NCBI GenBank assembly: GCA_905234185.1 | Contig: CAJOGC010000005.1 | Span: 936 to 64,935 of the forward strand | Origin: an uncultured Alphaproteobacteria bacterium | GTDB taxonomy: Bacteria; Pseudomonadota; Alphaproteobacteria; Rs-D84 | Length of the DNA: 64,000 nt | Direction of reading: 5' to 3' | Translations under genes and position numbers: made by a program | Notes under the pieces: generated by a model | The model's input: only the letters and a program-made list of their open reading frames with translations | Database searches by the model: none | What the model was told of the DNA's origin: nothing | Part shown: one piece after another, positions 8,859 to 19,800 of the stretch | Layout: each line of letters opens with the position of its first letter | Position numbering within the stretch: position 1 is the stretch's first letter

Positions 8859-9518
8859 ATGGTGGATATAATAATTACAGGCGAAGCGGGTAAATTGCAC
8901 GCGGTGTATCATAAATCTGAAACGCCGGGGGCGCCATTGGCGGTCGTGTTATCCGGAAATCCGCGTCAAAAACATCATATGAACGACCGTGTGTCATATG
9001 CAATGTTTCGGGCATTTATGGATATCGGTTTTTCTGTTGTGCGGTTTAATTATCGTGGGGTAAACGATTCCGATGGCTCGCTTGGAACGACAACTGAAAA
9101 CATGTTAGATATCGCGACAGTGATTGATTGGATTCAGAATAAAAACGAAGACAGCGACAAAATATGGATCGCCGGACACGGCTTGGGGGCGTGGTATGTA
9201 TTGCAAACCATGATGCGCCGTCCAGAAATTTCTGGTTTTGTTCTGGTTTCCCCCGACCCGTCTATTTCTGATTATTCATTTTTGTCGCCACGACCGAATC
9301 GCGGATTATTGCTTCAGGGGGCGGCGGAATCTGATGATGCACGGGCATTTTCAGAACATTTGACACATATATTAAAACGCCAGGCACAAATAGATTTGGA
9401 AACAATACGGATAAAAAACGCAGATTGTGAATATAGTCAACCGGCAGATCTGCGCCAGATGTATAATGACCTAAAGGCGTATGTCGGTCGCGAAAACGCA
9501 GAAAATAAGTTATTGTAA
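8859..9518 (+). CDS. Alpha/beta-hydrolase-fold protein (COG2945-like) with an atypical nucleophile-elbow sequence GHGLG
   Basis: 219 aa. Motif …[10 protein letters not shown]… appears where G-x-S-x-G is expected. Confidence 0.6.
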   Translation: MVDIIITGEAGKLHAVYHKSETPGAPLAVVLSGNPRQKHHMNDRVSYAMFRAFMDIGFSVVRFNYRGVNDSDGSLGTTTENMLDIATVIDWIQNKNEDSDKIWIAGHGLGAWYVLQTMMRRPEISGFVLVSPDPSISDYSFLSPRPNRGLLLQGAAESDDARAFSEHLTHILKRQAQIDLETIRIKNADCEYSQPADLRQMYNDLKAYVGRENAENKLL

Positions 9519-9519
9519 A

Positions 9520-10509
9520 ATGAATCAAAAAGAACGATTTTTGGATCCAACTGTGCCAGATGAGATGGCGGCGACGATTCGTCCTAAGACACTGGCTGAT
9601 TTTATTGGACATGATGGGTTAAAGCAAAACCTGTCTGTGTTTATTGCTGGCGCAAAATCGCGTGGTGAAGCAATGGATCATGTTTTGCTTTATGGTCCCC
9701 CGGGATTAGGTAAAACGACATTGGCGCATATAGTCGCAAATGAATTGGGAACGAATTTTCGTACGACTGCGGCACCTATGCTTACTAAACAAGGTGACTT
9801 GGCGGCGATTCTGACCGCATTGGAACCGATGGATGTTTTATTTATTGATGAAATACATCGTTTGCCAACCGCCATCGAAGAAGTTCTGTATTCTGCGATG
9901 GAAGATTTCAAATTAGATATTATGTTGGGCGAAGGTCCGTCGGCCAAAAGCGTTCGTATCGATCTGCCGCCGTTTACATTGGTTGGTGCGACAACACGTA
10001 CCGGATTATTGTCGAATCCATTGCGTGACAGGTTTGGAATTGATTTGCGTCTTTCGTTTTATTCGCCGTCAGATTTGGCAAAAATTATTAAACGCAGTGC
10101 TGGTATTTTGGGAACGGAAATAGACGACGAAGCCGCATTAATGTTGGCGCAAAGTTCACGTGGCACGCCGCGTATTGCGAACAGATTATTGAAACGCGCA
10201 CGCGATTTTGCAGCGGCAACGAACGGACAAAAAATCACCGTGGAAACCGTAAAAACCGCCCTGTTCCAGTTGCATATTGACGCATCGGGTTTAGATGAAA
10301 TCGATCGCGAATACATGCTGACAATTGTGAAAAATTATGCCGGTGGCCCGGTTGGAATTGACAACTTGGCGGCGGCATTATCGGAACCTGCGGATACAAT
10401 AGAAGATGTTATTGAACCATACCTTATGCAATTGGGGTTTGTACAACGCACACCACGTGGTCGTATTATAACTGATTCTGGGTACGAACATTTGGGATTG
10501 AAAAAATAG
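9520..10509 (+). CDS. ruvB: Holliday-junction branch-migration ATPase RuvB
   Basis: Walker [13 protein letters not shown]+ plus winged-helix architecture. No ruvA upstream. Confidence 0.92.
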   Translation: MNQKERFLDPTVPDEMAATIRPKTLADFIGHDGLKQNLSVFIAGAKSRGEAMDHVLLYGPPGLGKTTLAHIVANELGTNFRTTAAPMLTKQGDLAAILTALEPMDVLFIDEIHRLPTAIEEVLYSAMEDFKLDIMLGEGPSAKSVRIDLPPFTLVGATTRTGLLSNPLRDRFGIDLRLSFYSPSDLAKIIKRSAGILGTEIDDEAALMLAQSSRGTPRIANRLLKRARDFAAATNGQKITVETVKTALFQLHIDASGLDEIDREYMLTIVKNYAGGPVGIDNLAAALSEPADTIEDVIEPYLMQLGFVQRTPRGRIITDSGYEHLGLKK

Positions 10510-10577
10510 TTTACGCTTTATTAACAATATGTTATGTGCGGTAAAAAACCGGGCATGTTTTTTATGGAGAAAGAAAA

Positions 10578-10976
10578 ATGAGAACATTCAGATACAATTT
10601 TTCAATTGCCTATGCGGACACAGATGCCGGTGGCATTGTATATCACGGGCGATACATTGAAATTGCGGAACGCGCCCGCATGCAGATGATGCGTGGGATT
10701 AAATTGCCGGCGGGCGATATGGGGTTCGTTGTCCGCGAATTGTCCATAAAATATATGCACCCTATGCATTTGGCCGATGATATCGTTATCGAAACAGAAA
10801 TTATAAATGTCGGTGGCGCGTCGATGGATTTACAACAAAAATTCGTGCATGATGGCATAATTTGTGCTATAATGAATATCACTGTGGTCTATATCGGTGC
10901 GGACATGCGCGCAAAACGCATACCCAACACGGTGGCGACACATTTAGATTCAACAAAGGAAGAAGGAAATGACTAA
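10578..10976 (+). CDS. ybgC: Tol-Pal-associated acyl-CoA thioesterase YbgC (4HBT fold)
   Basis: 132 aa with YADTDAGGIVYHG motif. Conserved position before tolQ. Confidence 0.8.
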   Translation: MRTFRYNFSIAYADTDAGGIVYHGRYIEIAERARMQMMRGIKLPAGDMGFVVRELSIKYMHPMHLADDIVIETEIINVGGASMDLQQKFVHDGIICAIMNITVVYIGADMRAKRIPNTVATHLDSTKEEGND

Positions 10977-11409
10977 CTTTTCATTATGGACATTGTTTAC
11001 CACAGATGTTGTTACGGCAATTGCATCGATTGTTTTGGTAATTTTTAGTATTTTATCATGGGCGGTAATCGTTGAAAAAATTCGCCTGTTCCGCACGGTG
11101 CGTCGTAATAAACCACACGGCAATCCGGATGCTGTAATTGCACCATTTGATAAAAACCTGTGGTTTTTGGCAATGGTCGCGGGGGTATCACCATTTATCG
11201 GTCTGTTCGGAACCGTATGGGGGGTTATGGATTCGTTTGCATCGATTGGTCTTAACCAGTCGGTCAGCATTGGTGTCATTGCACCGGGGTTGGCAACCGC
11301 GTTGGGTACAACTGCACTGGGACTTATTGCCGCAATACCGGCCGCGATTGCATACCAGGTATTTACGAAAAAATCCGACGATTTATACGAAAAATTGGGT
11401 GGAAAATAG
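10969..11409 (+). CDS. tolQ: TolQ/ExbB-family proton-channel protein (short, 146 aa)
   Basis: MotA/TolQ/ExbB C-terminal TM pair. Operon position. Confidence 0.78.
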   Translation: MTNFSLWTLFTTDVVTAIASIVLVIFSILSWAVIVEKIRLFRTVRRNKPHGNPDAVIAPFDKNLWFLAMVAGVSPFIGLFGTVWGVMDSFASIGLNQSVSIGVIAPGLATALGTTALGLIAAIPAAIAYQVFTKKSDDLYEKLGGK

Positions 11410-11411
11410 CC

Positions 11412-11816
11412 ATGTCCAGATTAAGACGCAGACGCGATACAGATGCACTGATTCAACTAACGCCGATGATTGATGTCATGACGGTGTTGCTGGCGGTGTT
11501 TATGGTGACGACCCCAATGATGACAAATGGTATAGATTTGGATTTGCCAAATGCCGGGCATTCGGCACTGACTGGAAACGACCACGCAATCCAAATAAGT
11601 GTCGATGCCAATGGGCAATACTATCTTAACGAAATGCAATTAGATGTCGATGATGTTGTGAAACGCGCAATTGCAATGCGTGGTGAAAACCCACAACTGG
11701 CAATTATGATAAATGGTGACAAACACGCGGATTATGGCGCGGTAATGGTCGTTATGGGTAAATTGAAAGATTCTGGATTCCAGCGCGTCGGTTTGCGAAC
11801 GAAAGCGGAAAAATGA
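11412..11816 (+). CDS. tolR: TolR/ExbD-family protein
   Basis: 134 aa with a single TM and ExbD-like periplasmic domain. Confidence 0.8.
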   Translation: MSRLRRRRDTDALIQLTPMIDVMTVLLAVFMVTTPMMTNGIDLDLPNAGHSALTGNDHAIQISVDANGQYYLNEMQLDVDDVVKRAIAMRGENPQLAIMINGDKHADYGAVMVVMGKLKDSGFQRVGLRTKAEK

Positions 11817-12571
11817 ACATCGATAAAACATTTTCTTTGGAAAATATTATGGTGTCGTTGGTTGGACACCTGGTTTTTATTGCGATTGCGGTCACATCGT
11901 TTGCAATATTGTTGGAACGAACAATGTTGATTGCGCCTGATCGTATCCAGATTATGGAAATAGACCTTAATTCGGTCACGGTGTCCGGCGAAGAAACCAA
12001 GTTGTTTAACACCAATCCGCCGGATGAGGCCAAAGATGATAAAAAACCAGCTGAATCGCCAGAGCCCGCGCCGGAACCTGAACCGGATGAAACACCGGTG
12101 GAGGAAAAACCCATAGAAACGCCGTCAATGACGGAACCAGAACCGGAAAAGAAAGTCGAAGAAAAAAAAACCGAAAAAGTCGAAGTTGAACCGGTGCCCG
12201 CACCAAAAAAGAAAATGGTGATTCGTGTTAATCGCGAAAGTGTCTCGTTAAATCGGACATTAAATGTTTCGGTTGTTGATGCGTTGCGTGTGGCGATGAC
12301 GCGTTGCTGGGTCATCGATAAAAATCGTTCCGATATTTCGGATATTCGCGCAGTTGCACATTTGACTATGCGAAAAAATGGGACGGTGCGCGATGTATGG
12401 TTTGAATCGGCGGCGCGTGCCGATGACGACCCTGCGTTCGCATATGTTTTGGATACTATTCGTGCGGCAATAAATACCTGTCAACCATTGCGTATGTTGC
12501 CGGAAAACGAATTTTCCAAGTGGGAAAAAATCCAGTTAACATTTTATCCCAACAGCGGGAAAGTTATGTAA
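11813..12571 (+). CDS. tolA: TolA-like protein (TM anchor, Pro/Glu/Lys-rich linker, C-terminal domain)
   Basis: Domain architecture and operon position. Linker is PEPAPEPEPDETPVEEKP…. Confidence 0.65.
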   Translation: MNIDKTFSLENIMVSLVGHLVFIAIAVTSFAILLERTMLIAPDRIQIMEIDLNSVTVSGEETKLFNTNPPDEAKDDKKPAESPEPAPEPEPDETPVEEKPIETPSMTEPEPEKKVEEKKTEKVEVEPVPAPKKKMVIRVNRESVSLNRTLNVSVVDALRVAMTRCWVIDKNRSDISDIRAVAHLTMRKNGTVRDVWFESAARADDDPAFAYVLDTIRAAINTCQPLRMLPENEFSKWEKIQLTFYPNSGKVM

Positions 12572-12603
12572 AAAAAAAATCGCGCCAGAAGGCGCGTTTT
12601 TAT
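12572..12603. terminator. Bidirectional terminator (A9-CGCGCCAGAAGGCGCG-T5) shared by tolA (+) and rnpB (-)
   Basis: GC hairpin flanked by an A-run and a T-run. Confidence 0.7.
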
Positions 12604-12611
12604 TGTGTGCC

Positions 12612-12937
12612 AGATTCACTATAAGCCGGATTCTGTACATGCCCCGGGCCAGTCATAGAACCATCCCGGGGTAGCGGACATAATTAATCTGCACCCGAAG
12701 TTACCAACGGGTGTCAAGCCCTCTACCCGCCACCTGACTGGGACATGTCAATTGGTGGCCTATTTGAAGTTGCTGCACATAGAGATTGGCCGTTTCAAAC
12801 GATTTTCATCGCATACGTTACTGTTCCTCTTATCGTCGGGTCACCCCGCCAGGCCGTTAGCCTGTATGCCGTCCCATGCAGTCCGGACTTTCCTCCGCCA
12901 CGTTGCCGCGACGGCTATGTCCCGTTCATCTGAACAT
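12612..12937 (-). ncRNA. rnpB: RNase P RNA (bacterial type A)
   Basis: Minus strand contains GGAGGAAAGTCCGGACTGCATGGGACGGCATACAGGCTAACGGCCTGGCGGGGTGACCC… and 3' ACAGAATCCGGCTTATAG (P4 halves AGGAAAGTCCGG / ACAGAATCCGGC). Boundaries are about ±15 nt. Confidence 0.8.
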
Positions 12938-12974
12938 GTTAATAATAGTTTATAAATATTGATTTTCAAGTATT

Positions 12975-13187
12975 TTAATTTTCGCCCATATGACGCGCAT
13001 TGTTCAATGCGTGGCGCAAAGATTGTGTCGCGATTTCACGAATTTTGCCCACAAAGGCACGCATGTTCATTGCGTCCGCGATACCATCGCTAAAAATATG
13101 TGCTATATATTCTATTTGTGTTGGTGAAATTGTATAGACTTCGCTGGTTATTTCGCTTGTATTTAACTGTCGTACTGGTGTTCGCAT
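12975..13187 (-). CDS. Small hypothetical protein (70 aa), possibly HTH-like
   Basis: ATG preceded by AGGGGGGG (the C7 tract on the plus strand at 13192..13198). Weak sigma-region-4-like C-terminal helix pattern. Confidence 0.4.
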   Translation of the reverse strand: MRTPVRQLNTSEITSEVYTISPTQIEYIAHIFSDGIADAMNMRAFVGKIREIATQSLRHALNNARHMGEN

Positions 13188-13387
13188 ATCGCCCCCCCTG
13201 ATTTCAATTTTTCATACACAATATATCATATTTTTTATGCATTTTACATAAATATTTCATAAAAATCGTGTATTTAGCGAAATCCCCCCTTGCGCATGCC
13301 GCGATAGTGTATTATATCATAAAGTGACTTGACGGAAAGACGCAAAATTGCTATACATTTCCTGATAAAAAGACAAGGAAACAAGAA

Positions 13388-15994
13388 ATGTTGGATATTT
13401 TAACACGACTTTTGGGATCTGCTAATGACAGATTAGTTAAATCTTATGACAAAACAGTTTCAATTATAAATGATTTAGAGCCTAAATACCATGCAATGAG
13501 TGACGATGAATTGCGTGCACAAACCACGATTTTGCGTGAACGACTGCAGGGTGGCGAAAAAGAAAAAAATATATTACCAGATGCCTTCGCCCTGGTACGC
13601 GAAGCCGCAATCCGCACCGTCGGCATGCGCCATTTTAATGTGCAATTAATTGGTGGTATGGTTTTAAACGACGGCCAAATTGCCGAAATGAAAACCGGTG
13701 AAGGTAAAACCTTGGTCGCGACATTGGCAATGTTTCTTAAATCATTGTATGGTCGTGGTGCGCACCTTATTACGGTTAATGATTATTTGGCATCCCGTGA
13801 CGCAAACTGGATGGGACAAATTTATAAGTTTTTGGGGCTAACCGTTGGGGTGATTCAGCACGATATGACCGACGAAGAGCGTCGCGCGGCATATGCATGC
13901 GACATCACATATGTGACCAATTCCGAATTGGGATTCGATTATCTGCGCGATAATATGAAGTTTTCCAAAGAGCAACAGGTGTTGCGCCCATTGTTCTTTG
14001 GTATTGTCGATGAAGTTGACAGTATTTTAATTGATGAGGCGCGCACACCCCTTATCATTTCGGGGCCCGCCGAAGATGTCAGCCAGTTGTACGCCCGTGT
14101 TGACGATGTTGTCGTAAAACTGGGGCCGGATGATTTCAAGAAAGACGAAAAAGATCGCCATGTCACATTGACTGAATCAGGTGTCGATAATGTGACCCGA
14201 TTGTTGAAAGATGCGGATTTGTTGGTTGGCGACAACCTGTACGCGGCAGAAAATGCGGCATTGGTTATGCACATTCAGCAATCATTATTAGCGCATCATT
14301 TGTATCAAAAAAATGTTAACTATGTTGTTCGCAATGGCGAAATTCTGATTGTGGACGAATTTACCGGACGCGTTATGACGGGGCGTCGTTTTGGCAAAGG
14401 ATTACATCAGGCAATAGAGGCCAAAGAACATGTGACTGTTCAACCAGAAAATCAGACAGTGTCCAGCATTTCGTACCAGAACCTTTTCCGTTTGTATGAA
14501 ACTTTGGCTGGCATGACCGGGACCGCCATGACCGAAGCCGCAGAATTCGAGGAAATCTATAAATTACGCGTCGTGTCGATTCCGACGAATCGCCCGGTTG
14601 CGCGTGTTGATCATCATGATGAAATATATCGCAATAAAGATGAAAAGTATGCCGCTATTTTGGCCCAGATAAAGGATTGTATGTCACGAAAACAGCCGGT
14701 TTTGGTTGGAACCGTGTCCATCGAAAAATCTGAAGAGTTGGCGGCATTGGTGCGTTCAGAATTGGGGATTAATCCCGCGGTGTTGAACGCAAAGCATCAT
14801 GAATCCGAAGCAAAAATCGTGGCCCAGGCGGGTGCGCCCGGTGCGGTCACTATTGCAACAAATATGGCGGGGCGCGGAACCGATATTAAATTGGGCGGAA
14901 ATGCCGAAGAATTAATTTCGGCATTGGATAAAGACGCACCGGATTTTGATAATAAAAAGAAAGAGATATATGAAACAATCGAAGCAAACAAAAAACTTGT
15001 TCTGGACGCGGGTGGTTTATATGTTATTGGGACAGAACGTCACGAATCGCGCCGTATTGACAACCAACTGCGCGGTCGTTCCGGACGCCAGGGTGACCCG
15101 GGTGATTCTAAATTCTTCCTTGCTCTGGACGATGATTTGATGCGTATCTTTGGGGCCGCGCGGCTGAATGGTATGTTGACAACGCTGGGACTTAAACCGG
15201 GCGAAGCAATTACCCACCCATGGATAACCAAGGCATTAGAAAAAGCACAAAAACGTGTCGAAGCGCGCTATTTCGAAATGCGTAAAGAATTGTTGAAATA
15301 CGACAATGTGATGAATGAACAACGCACCGTCGTTTATAAACAACGCAACGATTTAATGACATCTGATGATTTAAGCGGATTGGCGCGCGAAATGATTGGC
15401 GATGTTGTTGAAATGATTTGCGAAAACAATATTCCTGAACGTGCAATGCCGGCGGATTGGAATATTTCGGGAATACACGATGCTATGCTGCGAACATTTG
15501 CATTGGATATTACCGACATAGAAAATTGGAAAACCGATGAAGAAATTACCGAACGCAAGGCATTCGAAGTACTTAACGGGTTGGCACTGCGGCGTTATGA
15601 GCAGCAGAGCGAAAAGTATGGGACCGAATTAATGCAAATGGCATCGCGCCAAATGATGTTGGGGGCATTGGACGGTGTCTGGAAACGCCACTTGCAACAG
15701 ATGGACTATTTGCAGACGGCAATAGGATTGCGGGGATATGCCCAAAAGAACCCGTTGTATGAATATAAACGCGAAGCATTGGGATTGTTCAAAAATACAA
15801 TTAACAATTTCAAGTTAATGTCGGTGTCTTATATTTGTCGCATGGAATTAACACGCGAAAATGTTGCGGCGACGGCCGCGGAACACGCCAAGCATGATGC
15901 GGACATGAACCAATCGACCGAGGCGCGTCGTAATGCACCATGTCCGTGTGGTTCGGGATTGAAATATAAACACTGCCACGGTAAATTAAGTTGA
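13388..15994 (+). CDS. secA: Preprotein translocase ATPase SecA with C-terminal zinc finger CPCGSGLKYKHCHG
   Basis: 868 aa with DEAD-like motor motifs and full SecA architecture. Confidence 0.95.
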   Translation: MLDILTRLLGSANDRLVKSYDKTVSIINDLEPKYHAMSDDELRAQTTILRERLQGGEKEKNILPDAFALVREAAIRTVGMRHFNVQLIGGMVLNDGQIAEMKTGEGKTLVATLAMFLKSLYGRGAHLITVNDYLASRDANWMGQIYKFLGLTVGVIQHDMTDEERRAAYACDITYVTNSELGFDYLRDNMKFSKEQQVLRPLFFGIVDEVDSILIDEARTPLIISGPAEDVSQLYARVDDVVVKLGPDDFKKDEKDRHVTLTESGVDNVTRLLKDADLLVGDNLYAAENAALVMHIQQSLLAHHLYQKNVNYVVRNGEILIVDEFTGRVMTGRRFGKGLHQAIEAKEHVTVQPENQTVSSISYQNLFRLYETLAGMTGTAMTEAAEFEEIYKLRVVSIPTNRPVARVDHHDEIYRNKDEKYAAILAQIKDCMSRKQPVLVGTVSIEKSEELAALVRSELGINPAVLNAKHHESEAKIVAQAGAPGAVTIATNMAGRGTDIKLGGNAEELISALDKDAPDFDNKKKEIYETIEANKKLVLDAGGLYVIGTERHESRRIDNQLRGRSGRQGDPGDSKFFLALDDDLMRIFGAARLNGMLTTLGLKPGEAITHPWITKALEKAQKRVEARYFEMRKELLKYDNVMNEQRTVVYKQRNDLMTSDDLSGLAREMIGDVVEMICENNIPERAMPADWNISGIHDAMLRTFALDITDIENWKTDEEITERKAFEVLNGLALRRYEQQSEKYGTELMQMASRQMMLGALDGVWKRHLQQMDYLQTAIGLRGYAQKNPLYEYKREALGLFKNTINNFKLMSVSYICRMELTRENVAATAAEHAKHDADMNQSTEARRNAPCPCGSGLKYKHCHGKLS

Positions 15995-15997
15995 GCC

Positions 15998-16025
15998 ATG
16001 CCCCCGTTTTCGGGGGCATTTTTAT
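15998..16025 (+). terminator. secA rho-independent terminator (ATGCCCCCGTTTTCGGGGGCAT + T-run)
   Basis: Perfect 9-bp stem followed by TTTTTAT. Confidence 0.75.
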
Positions 16026-16091
16026 ATGAATAAAATCTTGTGTTTTATACCAAAAACGCATATAATACCCACAATAAATCAGGGTGAAAAA

Positions 16092-16811
16092 ATGAGTAAA
16101 ATACCATTTTATATTGGAAATTTTGTCGCAATATTTGTGCCGGATGGCGCGCGCCGTGCACGCGTTCGCGGAAACATCAATCGCGTGTTGTACACACCAC
16201 GAATCAAGAACTTTATTTGGCGCACATATCACGAACGTGCAAAAAGCATAAAGTTTGTTCGTCAAATAAACCTTAATCGGGTATGTTTGGTCGTTAATGA
16301 TAAATATTTTGTTAAACTTTTTCGTAACATTACGCCACAGCGGGTTCAGAATTATGAAAAGTTAATGAAATTCATCGCCCCGCGTTTAAGTGTCCGAATT
16401 CCGGTCGTTCATGTCGATAATCATATGGCTATGTATGTCAGTGAAAAATTACCGGGTCGAACAATTCACACTTTTGACTGGGAAACCGTGATGCGGAACG
16501 AACCAAAGTTTAAGGCCCAGGTTGCAAAATTGATTGATGAAATCCAAAGTATAAAGATAGAATCTATTCCGCATCATGAACTGTATTCGCACAGTTTGCA
16601 ACCAGAACGCGCAACGGAACCAAAAACCGATAATCCACGTCCTGTATTGGCGCACTTTGATTTGAATGAAACTAATTTCTTGTTCGATGATGATATGAAT
16701 ATACGCGGGGTAATTGACTGGGACATGTGCTCTATCGCCCAAAATCCCGAAACAGATATGTTCGTATTTAACCGTTTTTGGAACCGATACAAGGATGCGC
16801 ATAAATCGTAA
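16092..16811 (+). CDS. APH/choline-kinase-family phosphotransferase
   Basis: Brenner motif HFDLNETNFLF and DWDMCS (the H-x-D-x4-N … D-W-E/D pattern). RBS AGGGTGA. Confidence 0.65.
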   Translation: MSKIPFYIGNFVAIFVPDGARRARVRGNINRVLYTPRIKNFIWRTYHERAKSIKFVRQINLNRVCLVVNDKYFVKLFRNITPQRVQNYEKLMKFIAPRLSVRIPVVHVDNHMAMYVSEKLPGRTIHTFDWETVMRNEPKFKAQVAKLIDEIQSIKIESIPHHELYSHSLQPERATEPKTDNPRPVLAHFDLNETNFLFDDDMNIRGVIDWDMCSIAQNPETDMFVFNRFWNRYKDAHKS

Positions 16812-16854
16812 TTTTTTATAATAATGTGGTTGCCCCACTCTGTTATTTTTTGGT

Positions 16855-19800
16855 ATGGTATCGCACATGACAGGTCAGTTTGTTCATCTTCACACGCATA
16901 CACGGTTGTCGATTGGTGCATCGACATTGATGATTCAGGCCGGGAAAAAGGCACCACCGGAAATTGCGGCAAAAACAATCCCTGCAATGTGCATCTCTGA
17001 CGGTATGACCGCATGCGCGTTAACAGATACAAACCTTATGTCGGGGTGTGCCGAATTTTCCGATGCATTGCCGGCGAAACATATTCAGCCCATTATCGGC
17101 GTGGAAATATCACTTAATCAACATACCGCCGATCCAAAAATTTTACGCGAATCCAGTCTAAGCAAAATTGTATTATTGGCCCAGAATCACGATGGATACC
17201 TGAACCTGTGCGAATTATCACGAATAATGTATATGCGGGGCGAAAACCACCATCTGGGGCCGTATATCACATTTGACGAATTGCAATCTCATTCTGGTGG
17301 CATAATTTGTTTGTCGGGGGCACACAATGGCCCGCTGGGCATGGCAATTTGTAATAATCAAGATGCATTGGCATACACATATGCACACCGTCTTTTGGAC
17401 ATGTTTGGCGACAGGTTTTACATAGAGATTCAACGGCATGGTTTGGAAAACGAGATAAAAACAGAACCCGTATTTCTGGAAATTGCCAAGGAATTAAATA
17501 TCCCAATTGTTGCAACAAATGATGTATGTTTCGCGACCAAGAATGATTACGAGGCTGCCGATGCATTGTCTTGTATTCTGGGGCAAACAAAAATTATTGA
17601 TCCGAATCGCCCACGAAAATCGTCCGAACAATATTTCAAAACAACCGCAGAAATGGTCGAACTGTTTTCCGATTTACCCGAAGCGATTGAAAATACTGTC
17701 GCAATTGCGAACCGTTGTGGATTTATGGTTAACATCCATGAAAAACCGCTGTTGCCACGTTTCGGTGCCGATTTTGATGCGGAATGTCAAATGTTGCGCG
17801 ACAATACGATGTCCGGTTTGGCGCGCCGGCTTAAAGAACATAAAATCAAAGATACAAAGCCATATTATGACCAGGCCGAATTCGAATTAGGTGTTATTGA
17901 CGGCATGGGCTTTCCGGGCTATTTCCTTATCGTTGCGGAATATATTAATTGGTGCCGAAACAATGATATTTTGACTGGTCCGGGTCGTGGATCGGGTGCG
18001 GGGTCTATAATTGCATGGGCGTTGGGTATTACGCATGTTGATCCATTGAAATATGGTTTGTTGTTCGAACGTTTCTTGAATCCGGATCGTATTTCTATGC
18101 CGGATTTTGATGTCGACTTTGAACCCGAAGGAATCGAAACAGTTCTTAAACATGTATGCGATAAATATGGTGCGGAATCTGTTTGCCGAATAATCACATT
18201 CGGTGGACTGAAGGCCAAAGGTGCCATTCGTGATGTTGGTCGTGTGTATGGCATGCCCTATTCTAAAACCGATCGATTTACCAAGTTAATACCGGACGAT
18301 GCAAAAACACTTAAGGGTGCGGTGGACGAATCATCGGAAATTCGCGGAATTTTGGACAGTGACGATGATATGAAGAAAGTGGTCAAAATCGCCGAAGAAT
18401 TGGAAGGTTCGTTCAGAAACCTTGGGCAACATGCATGCGGCGTTGTTATTGGCGACCGTCCAACAACCCAAATCGCGCCTGTTTATCGTGACCCGTCAAA
18501 TCCGTTGCCGTCCAGTCAATATGATGGCCATTACCTGGAAGCGACCGGATTAATTAAGTTCGACTTTTTGGGACTTGAAACACTGGTCGTGTTGAAAAAC
18601 GCAATTAAACTGATTCAGAAAACGCGTGGCATTAATGTGAACCTTGACACAATTCCAACCGACGATAAACGAACAATTGAACTGTGGCAAAACGGATTCA
18701 CCGAAGGAATATTCCAGTTCGATGCCCCTTTTGTTAAACAAACCCTGCGCAAAATGCGGCCCACACATTTTCTTGAAATATCCGCACTTAATGCGCTGAA
18801 TCGGCCTGGTCCTATTCAATACATTCCTCAATTTATTGCCCGTATGCATGGTGAAGAACCAATAGAATATGTTCATCCGCTGGCCGAACCCATTCTAAAA
18901 GAAACATATGGTATTATCGTTTACCAAGAACAAGTTATGTTATTAACCCGTGCATTGGCGGATTTTACCCGCGGTCAATCGGATACTGTGCGTAAAGCCA
19001 TGGGTAAAAAGAAATTGGATTTGTTGGCCGAACTGGAAGTTAAATTTTTAGAGGGATGTGAAAAAAAAGGAACGCTGAATACCGACCAGGCAAAAGATTT
19101 GTGGGAAAAGTTCAAGAAATTTGCAGAATATGCATTTAATAAATCACATGCTATTGCATATTCCATTGTTGCAAATCAATGTGCTTATCTTAAGGCGAAT
19201 TATACACCGGAATTTCTGGCCGCCGCAATGTCCAGTGAACTGAATGCGACAGACAAGTTGATTTTACTAATAGACGATGCAAAAACTAATTTTGGAATAC
19301 AGATTGTTCCACCAGATATCAACGAAAGCGAATCGTTATTCACTGTGCGCGATGGTAAAATTCTTTATGGATTGGCCGCGATTAAGGGGGTTGGGGTCGC
19401 TGCAACCGATATGATTGTCCGTGAACGCATCGAACATGGCCGGTTCAGAAACCTTACAGATTTTGCGAAAAGATGCGCCCCGTTTATGAATAAAAGAATA
19501 CTCGAAGCGTTTGCCCGTACGGGCGTTCTTGATTCATTGGAACCTAATCGGGCGTTAATATTTATGAACGCCGACGCAATATTGTCATATGCATCTAAAT
19601 CAAAAGATGACGCAAATTCTTTATCGTTGTTTGCCAACACAATAGAAGATGATGTATCCGAAGATAGATTACACAAAAACCTGGCAAAAACAACCGCATG
19701 GAATTTTTCCCGTCGCCTTGAAAACGAATTGTCCGCGTTGGGATTCTATATTTCGGCCCATCCGTTGGACCAATACAAACATTTAATTGTCCGCGCCGGA

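Noticed and set aside
12745-12955. Two ~65-aa plus-strand ORFs
   Set aside because: They fall inside the RNase P RNA gene, where conserved P4 and 3'-end motifs are present on the opposite strand.
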